Shown here piece after piece: positions 25,111 through 38,392 of a stretch of DNA of 64,000 nucleotides. Position numbers and translations under genes: made by a program. Location: assembly GCF_009914755.1 (NCBI RefSeq), contig NC_060926.1. One strand, written 5' to 3'. Positions within the stretch are counted from its first letter, which is position 1, and each line of letters starts with the position of its first letter. The notes under the pieces were generated by a model. The model was given only the letters and a program-made list of their open reading frames with translations, was not told the DNA's origin and searched no databases. The stretch comes from the human T2T-CHM13v2.0 reference genome, Homo sapiens.

Positions 25111-25513
25111 ACTTCATATAGATGCCATGGTAATAAATGTTTTACACCTAATTTTTTTTTATCAGATTATGTCCAAGATCAGTTCAGATTACTATTTCTT
25201 AAGGTTTCCGTACTAAGTCTAGAAAGACCTTTTTACCTCCCAGTCAGGCGAATTTAGTCTCAAAGGAAAAGAACCTTCCTTTCTGAGAGAAAACAAGCTC
25301 AGTCCTGTCCTTCATCTGTAGGGGGAACCTAGTTGGTAGGGAGCCCTAACTGGAAAAGGAGTTAATCATTCCCAAGGTGCTTGTAACTTTCTCTTAATTT
25401 TTCTGAAAAGATTACTAAAACAAGACTAGAAGGAAAAAAAATAAGGAAAAAAAAAGGAAAAAACAATAAATATTACTATTAACCAACTGAAATCATTAAG
25501 AGTATTCTTAGTA

Positions 25514-25934
<421 letters not shown>

Positions 25935-26927
25935 TTAAGAAAAATACATTTAAGATGAATGATCTTAAGCATGTAATAAGAATATGGGGATTTGGATTTA
26001 ATCAACACAATTTTAGTTAAAATTTATGCAAATGTTTGACATCAGTAATTGCTATATAGTTCTGAAGCAAGCAATCTATGTAAGGAAGGTAAGTGAAAAT
26101 CCTGAAAAACAGTAGAGCACCAAAGCAATTCTTGCTGATAAAATTAAAACAATCTTCATTAGAAAAACTGGAAATATCATTTCTAGATGACTAAACATAA
26201 ATGGAATCTCTATTAGGAGGAAATTTTCAATGAAGATACTTCAATTTAAAATTTCTTAGTGTCCATAGCCAATACCGATCAGATATAAAATAGTTATCTC
26301 TAGAATCTCTGTTGAGTAAAAATAATGGAAATATCAGCAAGACCAATTCCTTGTCTTGGATAGTTTCTAGTAGTAGTAATAGCTCAGGGTAACTTTTCTG
26401 CTAATTAAGGACAATAGCAACAGACCAAAATTAGTAATTTCTAAATTAGAGCAAAAAAGGCAAATCTCATTTTTATACCACAAGCAAATGAATAAACAAA
26501 ATGTGATTTTAATGGATTCTGTTAGAGAGGACTGGGACTTACTTTGTCCAAGACAAGGCTGTCTTCTCACATTTCTTCATTTTATTGCTTGCTCCACTGC
26601 CTGACATCAAGGTTACTGGCAGCTTAATCCTAATTTCTAAAGCACTGTCAACAACCATTTCTTTTCCTTCAAAATAAAATTGAAGTTTTATGAAATTATT
26701 TGAAAGTAATAAAAAATAGTTATCCATCATAAGACCAAATAAGAACAAAGAAATAAAATCTTCCCATCTCACCCTAGCAGTCTTAGGATGACACAATTTT
26801 AATATTTGTCAAATTGCCATAAGCATTCAGGAAATATCCAGGGAAGTCATTAGAACTGAAATCCAACATAATGCAATAAATTTTCAACTAACAAAAGAGT
26901 TTGGATAAAAAGGTATTATTTCATAGG

Positions 26928-27205
26928 ATGTAGTCTTTTCTAATTTTCTCACAACTATAGCATTTTTTTATTTTCTTGTTGACATAGTAGACATTTAAAA
27001 TTCTACCCTGCAAGTACACATACCCACAATATTTTGTATGTGTGTATATGTATGTATATATACAAATGTATGTAGTCTTTTCTAATTTTCTCACAACCGT
27101 AGCATTTATTTTCTCGTTGACATAGTAGACATTTAAAACTCTACCCTGCAAGTACACATACCCACAATATTTTGTATATTTTGTGTATATATACATATAT
27201 ATACA
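26928..27205. repeat. Tandem duplication, 142-bp period, 2 copies
   Basis: Units start at 26928 and 27070 (atgtagtcttttctaattttctcacaac...cccacaatattttgtat) with only a few differences. Confidence 0.95.
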
Positions 27206-30200
27206 CACACATATAAAATGTGTGTATATATATGAATATTTTGAATATTTTGTATATTCACTACCCTTCCTTGCTATTGGTTAGGAAAGGAGGCTGAACA
27301 GTAAAAACTCATTAATAGCTTAAAAATAGTTCTAGACACTAAATTATTAACCAAAAAATAAAAGTGACAGATAGCTTGTTCAAGTTATAACAACTTCCTT
27401 TGGGGCCAAAATGGGGGCACTATTTATGTTGGTTAAGCAAATCCTGCATGTGTTAGATACTGGACAGAACATTCATTGGCTGGGTCACTAGAGAACAGCA
27501 GGTGAGGTAGAGTTAGGAAGGCAGATGAAGCAGATGTGTAACTGTTATCCCCTGACACATGACAATCCAGACTTTGAGAAGGTGAGCTTGCCCAGAAAGC
27601 ATCAGGATTTTCATTCTGAAACACTTGACCTCTACATAAGCAGGTAATCAGCAGGAAGCCATGAGCAGTTTGCTTTTTCCCATTTGAAGAGACTTGAAGG
27701 GAGTATGCTCAAGGTTACCCCATGTTTTATAACTTCTTTTACTGATAAATTAGAACTTATTTTTTTGTTTAAATCAAAACTAAGATTTCTCACACATTCT
27801 TTTTTCCTCAGGGTAATGATCTCCTGCAGGAAGACAATACAATCTGTTTTGCTGGTGTGAATCACCTTGTTCTGTCTTAATGTCATGAGAGCCTGGGTGC
27901 TGGTCTTTGCAGATGGACTACCTGTTCAGTGGGAGTTATTAACACTGGATCACTGTTTCTATTTATAAATAGAAAAACAAGGGGAATAATAATACTTGAA
28001 TCATTTTGTTTTGCCTTGAGAGAAAAGATAACATCACATTTAGGCTTGCTTTCTCATCATTAATTTTTTATAGCTTTACTTTCTGAATTTGTACTCACAT
28101 AAAAGGATACTCTTGTGTAATCCTAGGTTCCCTTAAAGACTATAAATAGAAACCTTTAAAATTCTGCATCCATAGTTTAGGGACATGAATTATTTAAAAA
28201 TTTTCACCATATCTTATGACTATTTTAACTTATTACCATGGTAGCCGTATGTACTGAATGTTAACTTGCAAACAATACAAATTGAGAAGACATATTTTAC
28301 CTCCCTTTTTACCATATTCTTGTTTGGTTGATCAATGTAGGAAGAATAAAGCCAGGAATACAGATTCTCTATTATTTCATATCAAACACACAGATTTGAG
28401 AAATTAAGTAAGTTTTACAGCTTTTTCTAACCTGTGCCTTTTGGTGGCTAAGAAACTGGTACTTTGAGGGGCAGAGGAAATTTTGAGGTAAAATGTCACT
28501 GTCTTTAGTTCTCAACAATTTATCTCCAAGAGGAGTGTAATTTTACATGAGAGTTGCATGAGGATTATCAATTGCACAATGTAAATTGTTCTTATTGCAT
28601 TTTCTTGTTATTCCAATTGGATTATTAAAGATAGCCTTAAATTGGATCTTATATGACATCAATAACTAATATAAAGAGAAGAGTTTTAGCAATAGATCTA
28701 TTTTATTTATTAAAAGAGTGTCAACTGTAGTCCTGCTTTCTTATTTATCATATATAAAATTTGGCCTTATGAAGGACTGAGTTAGAATATGATGGTTCAA
28801 ACATAGGCATGTCTTACTGTCACTTCCTCATGCAGGGAAATGACGGCTTTATCCTTATGCAGAGCTCTTCCTACGCTCATCAAGTAAGCCTGCGACCCAA
28901 CCTGCTTTATCTGTTTCCACGTTTGATAGGAAAAACATTGCTGTTTCACTGCATAAGTATACTTTTGTTGGAATATTAGTTTGCTTCTGCATTAGAGCCA
29001 AGAGACTGAATAATTCGTATTTGAGCTCCAAGACCTATAAATCCTAAACTTGAAAATATATTTATTAGAAAGATACAACCCCAAAGCACTGTTGATGCGT
29101 AGGTGCCTTACTTCACACTATGGGGTCAGCTGACAACCCTGGGCAAATTTGATTGAAGAAAATAAACTAATTTATGATCAAAAGGCAAGAACAGAAGTGA
29201 CTGAGAACCTTAAGTGGCTCAAAACAAAATGAATGCTGCCTGAAAAAATTAAATAAGTTATCTGAAAATGGTGGACAATCCAGCCATATGTTTGTATGCA
29301 AACATAGCAGGAAGTTGAAAGTTTGGCCGTTGTGTAGCAGCCAGACTTCAGAGCAGAACACTGGATTTCATTTCTCAGTAAACTCTAGTAGTGCACTAAT
29401 TTTACTTTATTACTGTATTTAATAATGTTAAAACTTCCTTAAGAGTAAGTAGCCTTTCATCAGATGACTAAAACATTCAAAAAAATATCCTAATAGAATG
29501 ACTCAAGCTTCTATTTCCACTTACTGTGGGGAGTCTAAAATATCCCTTAAACAGGTTTTCATGGATTTCTAGGAGGTTCTAGATAGGGGAGACGTCAGGA
29601 GGGGGGTATGTTTTTTTTCCTAGGGATCTCTTTGGGATTTCGTGCTGAGTACTTAATCTCTGATTGTTGTATTCGCTCTTGAAACTACTGTTTGACTTCT
29701 ATAAACTTTGGCAGTGAAGGGACATGTGCCTTCCATATTCCTCAATAAAATACTTGTACATCATACTTTCATTGAACATTTAAAATCATGGTGGCAGCCT
29801 ACAGCATAGCAGACAACTAAAGAAAACCTAAACCCCCTATTCTTACAATTCTGGGGCATCTCTGTTTTGGGGATTCCTTATGACTATCTTTCCTTGACCC
29901 TTTCCTGATATCATGCTAATTACCCTTTACTCTTCAGAACATTCCTCCTAGGCATACTCAAAACTTTGCATAGGTCTTGAAATAAGATTCAGAATTATAA
30001 TATTTCATTAACACATCCTAGTTCAAATTCTAAGGCAGTCCTCGTTCTCCCATTAAACAGAGAAAAATCCAAACAGTCCCCCTATTTTTTCTCTCTATTG
30101 TACATATGTTATATACATGTACAAGTTAGGAAATTACTTATCCAACCATGACATCATGAGGAAGGACTTGCATTTCTGGTGTATTCCTGGTGGCTTATCA

Positions 30201-30509
30201 AATTTTACTTGCAACCCTGACTGTTCTTTGTTAATAATTATTTCTGTATCTGTTATGTATACCTTATATAAGAGTCATACTGCCTTTGCAAATTCAAACT
30301 ATTTTTGTTTGTATATAAATATCACTTTGCTGCCATTGATTGACATATAAGATTATTTTAAATTTTATTTGAATGCATTCCATGGTTAATAAGTACAGTT
30401 ATCTTAATAAATTTTAGATTTTTAGATTCTAGAAATTCTAGATTTTCAATTCTTGATGGAGCAGCGAAAATAGAATACTTTCTGTCCTGGTGGTAGTAAA
30501 GACTTTTTT

Positions 30510-31148
30510 AAAACTTTTATTTTAGGTTCAGAAGTACATGTGCAGGTTTGTTATATAGGTAAACTCATGTCGCAGGGGGTTTTTGTACAGATTATTTTGT
30601 CACCCAGGTACTAAGCCTAGTGTCCAGTAATTTTTTTCTTCTCTCTGTCCTCTCACCTTCTACCCTCAAGCCCTCAAGTAGGCCCCAGTGTCTGTCATTC
30701 CCCTTTGTGTCCAGGAGTTTTCATCATTTACCCCCCAACTTATAAGTGAGAATGTGAGGTACTTTGTTTTATGTTCCTGTATTAGTTTGCTAAGGATCAT
30801 ATCCTCCAGCTCCATCCATGTTCCCGCAAAAGACATGATCTCATTATTTTTTATGGCTGCATGGTATTCCATGGTGTATAAGTACCACATTTTCTTTATC
30901 CAATCTGTCACTGATGGGCATTAAGGTTGATTCCACATCTTTGCTATTGTGAGTAGTGCTGTAATGAACATTTACTTGCCTGTGTCCTTTTGGTAGAATG
31001 ATTTACATTCCTCTGGGTATAAACCCAGTAATGGCATTGCTGGGTTGAATGGTAGTTCTGCTTTAAGCTCTTTGAAGAATTGTCACACTGCTTTCCACAA
31101 TGGTTGAACTAATTTACACTCCCACCAACAGTGTATAAGTGTTCCCTT
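30510..31148 (-). mobile_element. 5'-truncated L1PA (L1PA13-16-like)
   Basis: tttaggttcag..gtacatgtgcaggtttgttatataggtaaact...cacccaggtactaagcctag; ORF2 end WIKKMWYLYTMEYHAAIK; short TSD agactt[t/g]ttt. Confidence 0.9.
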
Positions 31149-32442
31149 GAGACTTGTTTTATTTATTATTTCTTTTTGTAGATTCATATCTTTTTGCTGA
31201 CAAAATAGTCTGACATCTTTCAGGGAAAACAACCTTTATATCATTGTTTAATATTTTTTCATAAGTTTTTTGAAATTCTTTGGGGCTTAATGAAATAAAA
31301 AAGAATTGTTTAAATTTGTGAGTAGTAAAACACCAACTAAAAGCATTAATTAAAACCTCTTTCATTTTATTCAAGAGTGACCAATATTTTGTTTTAAATA
31401 ATTTCTTGGTTTCACGGAGGTGGGAGAGACCTCAGTGGTCATCTAGTCTGTCAATTCACAGTGTAGAAAACTATCCATTTGTATCCTCTTTGTGTACATT
31501 AATCCTTTTTAAATAGTCTCCCCATATACCCTCAATTCTTTCTCATATATTTAAACTTCTGTCTCCTTATAACATTGCTTTTCCTTTGAATGCAAAGTCT
31601 GTCTGTCATGCGTCCTTCCTTTCTGACCCTGACTCTGATGTTGACTCCTGTCCTTTCTGCTTGACTTTCTTCTTTGAGGCAGTGTATGCATCTAAGTTTA
31701 TGTTCAAAGGGTCTCAGTTCATCCTGATACTTATTTGACCCCATATTAAGATACTTTGATATCACTCCTATTCCCAAGTTGTTCTGAAAACTTAGTTTTT
31801 TTCCTGAATAGGAAACCTCGAGATTGTAGAGTTTGGCTGGCTTTTTTGTATAGAAGATATTCTTTCATTAATAAACTTCATTTTATCACAAACATTTAAG
31901 GATAGTAGGCTATACTCTACCAAACCTCTGCTGTTATCTTCAATAGGTTTTGTGACTCCTCCTCGACTACATTCTGTTGCGTATTTGATTTTTGTGTCAG
32001 ACAACTTCAAGCAAAGCATTACGATTGATCTAAAGTCTATGACTCAATTTAAGCTAACCTTGAGTAGTAACTGTAAATCTCTTGATTGTTTAATGCTGTG
32101 CCATATATCGATAACAATAATAACAGCTAATGTTGGCGATCTTGAACATGTCTTTAAATTAAATATTTAATGATTAATCCCACCTCTATCCCTCTTAGTT
32201 TGGATTACATAAAAAAAAAGACACAAATAATATACAGAATCATAATATAGATTTTTTTCTGGTAAAGCTAGATGATAAAGCTGCCACCACAGTCAGATTT
32301 CCTGACACCTGTCCTCACAGCAAGTATTTGGGGTAACCATCTAAGATGAGACTTAAAGCTGGCATTTGGCCAGATGTATGGGGAATCAACATGCTTTATA
32401 CCCAAAGGAAGAGGTAGGTTTGACCTCTAAGGGGCAAGTCAT

Positions 32443-32476
32443 AGGCTATATCCTGAGTGAGGCTATATCCTGAGTG
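32443..32476. repeat. Perfect 17-bp tandem duplication
   Basis: aggctatatcctgagtg x2. Confidence 0.95.
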
Positions 32477-33140
32477 GTGGCAGGGACAAGAAGGAATCGC
32501 TCCTTCTTGGGCACAGAATATTACAAAAGGGGAGTCTTAGGAGGGGAGAGTTAATCTTGCTTTATGTTTTTCTAAACTTTTCCAGTCATGTAATCTTTCT
32601 CTCTAATGGGAGAGAGATTGAGAGAGAAAACTGTTCTTAACATTTCTGAAAAGGCAGTCAAACTTTCTTTACAGGAACATCTGGAGAGGGAAAGATGGTC
32701 CCCACTTTAAATAACTAATATTCAGTGAGGACTTATTATGCACCAGGCACTGTACAAAGTACTCCACCTTTATAGTGCAAATGTAGAAGACTTCAAAAAT
32801 TATCTAGCATTCCTTTCCCCCATATTCTGCTAAGAACCCTTTTCTTCCTTAGCAGAACCAATCTTATCTACTCCATAGAGTTCTAGTGGAACTTCCAAAT
32901 ATGTACCTACTGGGGCAGACCTTGAGCCCAAGCTAGACCATCAATAGTTCCTCACTCCCCTCCTAAGTGTAGTGATTTGTTCAAAGGGTAAACATGTGCA
33001 TTGAGCAGTTGGAATTTCAAATCGTGTTATCTGCAAATAAAGTTAAATTTATCTCCTCCATTCTGATATTTACACCTTATTTTAGAAATTAAGTTAAAGA
33101 ATTTACAATCTAGCTAAAAATAGGCATTGGCTTTGAATAA

Positions 33141-33467
<327 letters not shown>

Positions 33468-36400
33468 AGAGATGATAGTTCTTTTCTTTGAAATATTAAA
33501 ATGATAAGTCATATTAACAGATTTTCTAATATTCCTAATCAGAGCTTATGTCACAGCCAGACACATAATAGGTGCTGTTAGCTAAAAACATGGATAAATT
33601 CAAGAAGGATTGATGGACAATTTGGTGGATGATTTACTTATTATATATGGAAGTTAATGATGGCTATGAAAGTGGTCTATAAACCTATTCATGAGAACAG
33701 AAGCTCTTGAAAATTTTGGTCATAGATTTTGCAGTTGCAAAGATGCTGTGCTTTGTACCTAAGATTGAATGTTCCTTTATATTTTATGTAAGTACCTTAT
33801 TTGATTTAATTTAATCATTAATGTCACTATTAGCATAGTTTAACATGTTACATTCCTGGAAATCCTTAATTACTCTTTTTGACAATCTACCTATGTTTTA
33901 TTCTTTTATGTAATTCCCATCACTTCACTTTCAAGCCATTAAAATTACATAAAGTAGACTGGAGGTTTATTTGCCTTTAGCTGTTGCTTCTGCATTTTTA
34001 AGATCACTTTCCCTCTGTGGCCTTCTGTAAGTTTACAGGCTTACTAAAGACTTCATTTTAGCCAATTTACTAGAGACCTATTTTCCCTACAGGGTAACTA
34101 CAAATAAATATAAAATTATATTGGAAAATAAAATCATCTTAGTACACTTTACATAGACCATTTTGTTTCAGACTTTTATGGTATAGATGAACAAGATAAT
34201 ATTTTAATATTCTGGCATTCCTGTGATCCTTGGCAAGTGTCATCATTTTTATTTTATGGAGGTGGGAAGAGGGATGAGAAGCAGATACTATTTGCCTAAA
34301 GTTACATGGACTGTATCTTCACCTGAGTGAGAGACACACAAATGTCTGGCTTCTCTGCTCCCTGGATCATCTTTATGGTTTGTGTCTACCTGAGATACAA
34401 TACTATATACAGTGCCTCCAGAGGTTATTCTTGGGTAAATGCCTGTGAAGCAATCATGTATTTAATCTATGTAGATTATTGTTATCAAGATGTATGATAT
34501 TTCATTAATCATAATCTACTGGCATGTGATCTTCAATGCTAAAATATGCCATATAAATCAAGCACATATCACACAAAATAATTGTGCACAATTGCTTTGG
34601 ATAATTTGATTTCTAACCAAATGTAACACTACATCTTGAATGACTTTGAGGTATAAGAAGTTTATGAGTTGTAGTAATTAGTTAGTGGGCCCCATATCAC
34701 ATTAAACGGTTCCATTTAAATTGTGAGGAAATAAATAGAACAGGAGTTACTATACTTACAAATCTAGGTCTCTCTTTACTTAATTACATTGCTAGACTGT
34801 CAAAACACTTTCAGAGAAGAAAAAAAAAAACTTCTGTGAACAAATGTGTCTTCAGATTCCTGACAGTCAATATTAATTTCAGAGATACTTGCTGTAATCA
34901 TTGCATGATCTTTGCCTGTATAAGCTAACCTGCTTCTTTTTTTTAAATAAGAAAATTCTTGGTTTATTCAGTTCTCTATATGTTAAATAATACAATGTCT
35001 TGGAAAGCACCTCATTGATTTTTTTGAGTGAGGTTGTTGGTTTAAACCTTGGAATATAAGATTATTGTTGAAATTTAAGTGTTGAAATAGTCACTGTGAG
35101 GAATGTTGAAGACAATTAAAATTTAACTGAAATTCAGGATGAATTGATATTTACACAGAATATAAGCAATTCAGAGATACATATAACAAACGGCTTCTGT
35201 CCTGATTTTTCCTCAGCCATATTGTAAACAAGTATTTGTAATAAGGCAACATTGATTTTTATCCCAAGACAAAAGGCTGTTCACCAAATCATAGCAACTC
35301 TAAGTTAAAAACAAAACCAAAAACCTCTTAAAATACTTTTCATAAAGGGTGCATTAAAGGGTGCAAGTCTTGGTTTTCTTTCTTCTTCCTCCTACTCTAA
35401 CAGAATTATATTGTATGTAAGGTGTCAAAAATTTTCCAGCTATAAAATAGTTTAGATAACCGTAAAGCAATAAAGTAGTAAATGAAAAATGAGACAAACT
35501 GAATTTATATATAAAATGGTTTAGCATCAGTTATGCTAGCTGATATCTTGAAAATAATGGTTGAAGTAATCTTATATGATTTAGCTGCAAGTATCTGTGG
35601 CAATAAATTCAAGTCTAGAGTTATCCTCCAGTCATGCAAAATATTGAACACAGCATATCATTTTAAAATGATGTGTGGTGCACCATGTAGAGAGCAAAAT
35701 GGCAATCTACAATAATACTTTCTGACCCTAGCTCTCCAACAAAGCTACAGTTTAACTGGTTTATTGACAGGGTAGATTGTTATAGATTAAAGTGGTTCAC
35801 AAAAGATGGCAGCTCCAATTCTTTTGTAATAGTCCAACTGAGCTGTTCATGAAAACCTTTCATCCAAGTAGCTCAGAACATTACTAATCAGTACTTTTAT
35901 GCCTAACATTTATGAGATAACTCATTTGCAATGACTTTGAAATCTAAACTAGTATTCATTAATTATGTCTGTGAGATGTTCTAGCATATTTAAGATATTT
36001 AAAAGTGAGACACTAAGGCCTAGTAAGTCTCAATAACCTTTCCAAAGACATGCCATTAGAAAACTTGTCCTCCGAGGCTCAACTCTGTCCTTGGACAATT
36101 GACTCATATTTTCATCTTGAGTAAGGGGGGACAAATTAAATAGCCTTTTCAGAACCATTTGACTTTGGGCAAATTGCTTAACCACCATTTGTTTCTGTCC
36201 TTACATGATTATAAATAAGAATACCACTGACTTTCATCATTTCACTTGCTTTACAAAAAGATTTATCTAATTCACATTCTATTTTGCTTTTCCAGAGAAG
36301 GTCTATGAATATCAACTATAATTAAACATTTATTTGTTATTGCAAACCCTTTGAATAAAGAGTTTTATTTCATGTTTAGGGGACATTGTATTTTCTTAGA

Positions 36401-37376
36401 AACCCAAACCCTTTGAATTTTCTTCATATGTTTCTGTGGAATATTTAGCAACTGAAATCTCCTTCATTTAAAGTGTCACGAAGAACAGATGGTGCCCCTA
36501 AAAAGACTAGTTTCATATGCAAGTTATTTTGCAATAAAGCACTGTCCTTGAATTGTATTCAAAGTAAACTTAATGCTTGTAAGTATGAATCAGAAAGCCA
36601 AATGAACCAGAAGACATAAATGGAAGATAATTAATGATAATACTTACGTTTAAATAATTTCATTGTCATAAATATCAATGCTTGTCAGAATTACAGAGAT
36701 GGAATTTTAACATCTTTAAGTTCATCCCTTATCCATACAGTTTGAGACTTTGAATGAAAGTTTCCTATGTGACTTCTCAAGGTAGATACGTATCTGGGAT
36801 CCTTGTGTGAATTTCCCTTAACTCTTGAATGCAGTTTCTCCACCTGCCTTTAAGCCTTCCAGCTTTCTGTGACCTTCATGGCATTTATTACAGAGCTTGC
36901 ATTTTGCTTATGGGCCACTGACTACTACTACTGACCTGAGAATAGCTAAATCTATATCATCTTGCTATTTGATCATCTTATTTCTAGGAAACCTGGCTGT
37001 CCCATTGGCTCTATGAATATGAAATAGTTGCGATTTCAAATATAGTTAAGTCTGGTACTGAGGGATGTGAAAATTTACATAATTTAAACATCCTTACTGT
37101 AGATAAATTATTGGGATATGGAAATATCTGTGTTTTGAGAATATTTATTTCCTTCAAGTTTATGGTGTTTTATTTTCTTCATTTCCCACACCTGGTTTGT
37201 CCTGTTTCTTCCTGGACATCTCCTAGGATGCTCACCACTGCTCCCTTCTAGGCTTCAACTCTACCTACCTCAGGGAAGAAAAAAGGAGTGAAACTAAGTT
37301 TTGTCTGCTGTCTAAATCCCCCAACTTTAGCAAAGATCAATGACAGTATATTACCAGGAAAATATTTGAGGAATTG

Positions 37377-37734
37377 TGTGATAGCCAATTGTATGTGTCG
37401 GGTTGGAGGGTGTTTTTGGATAAGATTAACACTTTGTGAACTTTGAGTAAAACAAATCTCACTCCATAGTGCAGGTGGGCCTTACACAATCAGTTGAAGG
37501 TCCAAATAGAGCAAAAAGACTAAATTTCCTGAGCAAGAGATAATTCTTCGGCAGATATCTTTGGATTTTATTTTCATCATCATCTCTCCTGGGTCTCCAG
37601 CCTGTGGATACACACTACAGATTTTGGACTTGCCAGTCTCCATGATCACATGAGCTAATTTCTTATAATAAATGTCTTTCTCTATATATACACACATATT
37701 CTATTAGTTCTGTTTGCTAATCCTGAGTAATATA
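37377..37734 (+). mobile_element. MLT2 (ERVL) solo LTR
   Basis: gtgggcctt..caatcagttgaagg...cctgggtctccagcctg...gattttggacttgccag; 5-bp TSD AATTG (37372-76 / 37735-39). Confidence 0.85.
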
Positions 37735-38259
37735 AATTGATTCCCAGTTTAACACAGAATATGATGGATCAAGAAATGTAGGTGAAGTGGAGAGTAGCAA
37801 AAACAATATGGTGAGAAAATTGTGGCTTCACTCTAGACTAGCAACTAACCGTCCTGGGTGAGTATCAGTGGAGTTGAAACTTCTCCTATATCAAAATGAG
37901 GACATTCAATCAGATAAACTTAAATATTCTTGCCAGCCTTTACACAGATGGCTACATGAATCCCTGGATGCTCTTAGCCTGAGAGAGGCCTGTAGTTTCT
38001 CTGGTACTTCTTCATCACTACATGGGAAAAATGTACAAAATGGGGGCCTTTGTCAGGTATAAAGGAATGAATGTTTATCATTAATGAATGAATCATTCAT
38101 GAATGGGTAGGAGACCCATTCATCTCCTACCATACTCAATAAAAATCAAAATATTCAAGCAATTCATTTACAAAACAAATTCTTAACTATATGTAATTTT
38201 TTTGTGTATGTTACTTTTTTAAAAATATCATTAATGATGAGTTTAATAATTCTAAAAGA

Positions 38260-38392
38260 ATACCTAATGTAAATGACGAGTTAATGGGTGCACCACACAA
38301 ACATGTATACATATGTAACAAACCTGCACATTGTGCACATGTACCCTGGAACTTAAAGTATAGGAAAAAATATATATTTATAAAAAAAAAAG
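38260..38392 (+). mobile_element. Very short 5'-truncated L1PA 3' end
   Basis: atacctaatgtaaatgacgagttaatgggtgca...gtaacaaacctgcacattgtgcacatgtaccct..aacttaaagtat followed by an A-rich tail. Confidence 0.9.

Noticed and set aside
26921-27208. 95-aa ORF with an internal repeat
   Set aside because: It is a by-product of the 142-bp tandem duplication and the TA/TG microsatellite, with no splice or coding signal.
31410-32000. Possible L3/CR1 or MIR-derived segment
   Set aside because: Only the first ~40 bp resemble the consensus, which is too diverged to call by eye.
34580-34593. 14-bp perfect palindrome AATTGTGCACAATT
   Set aside because: A few palindromes of this length are expected by chance in 64 kb of AT-rich DNA.
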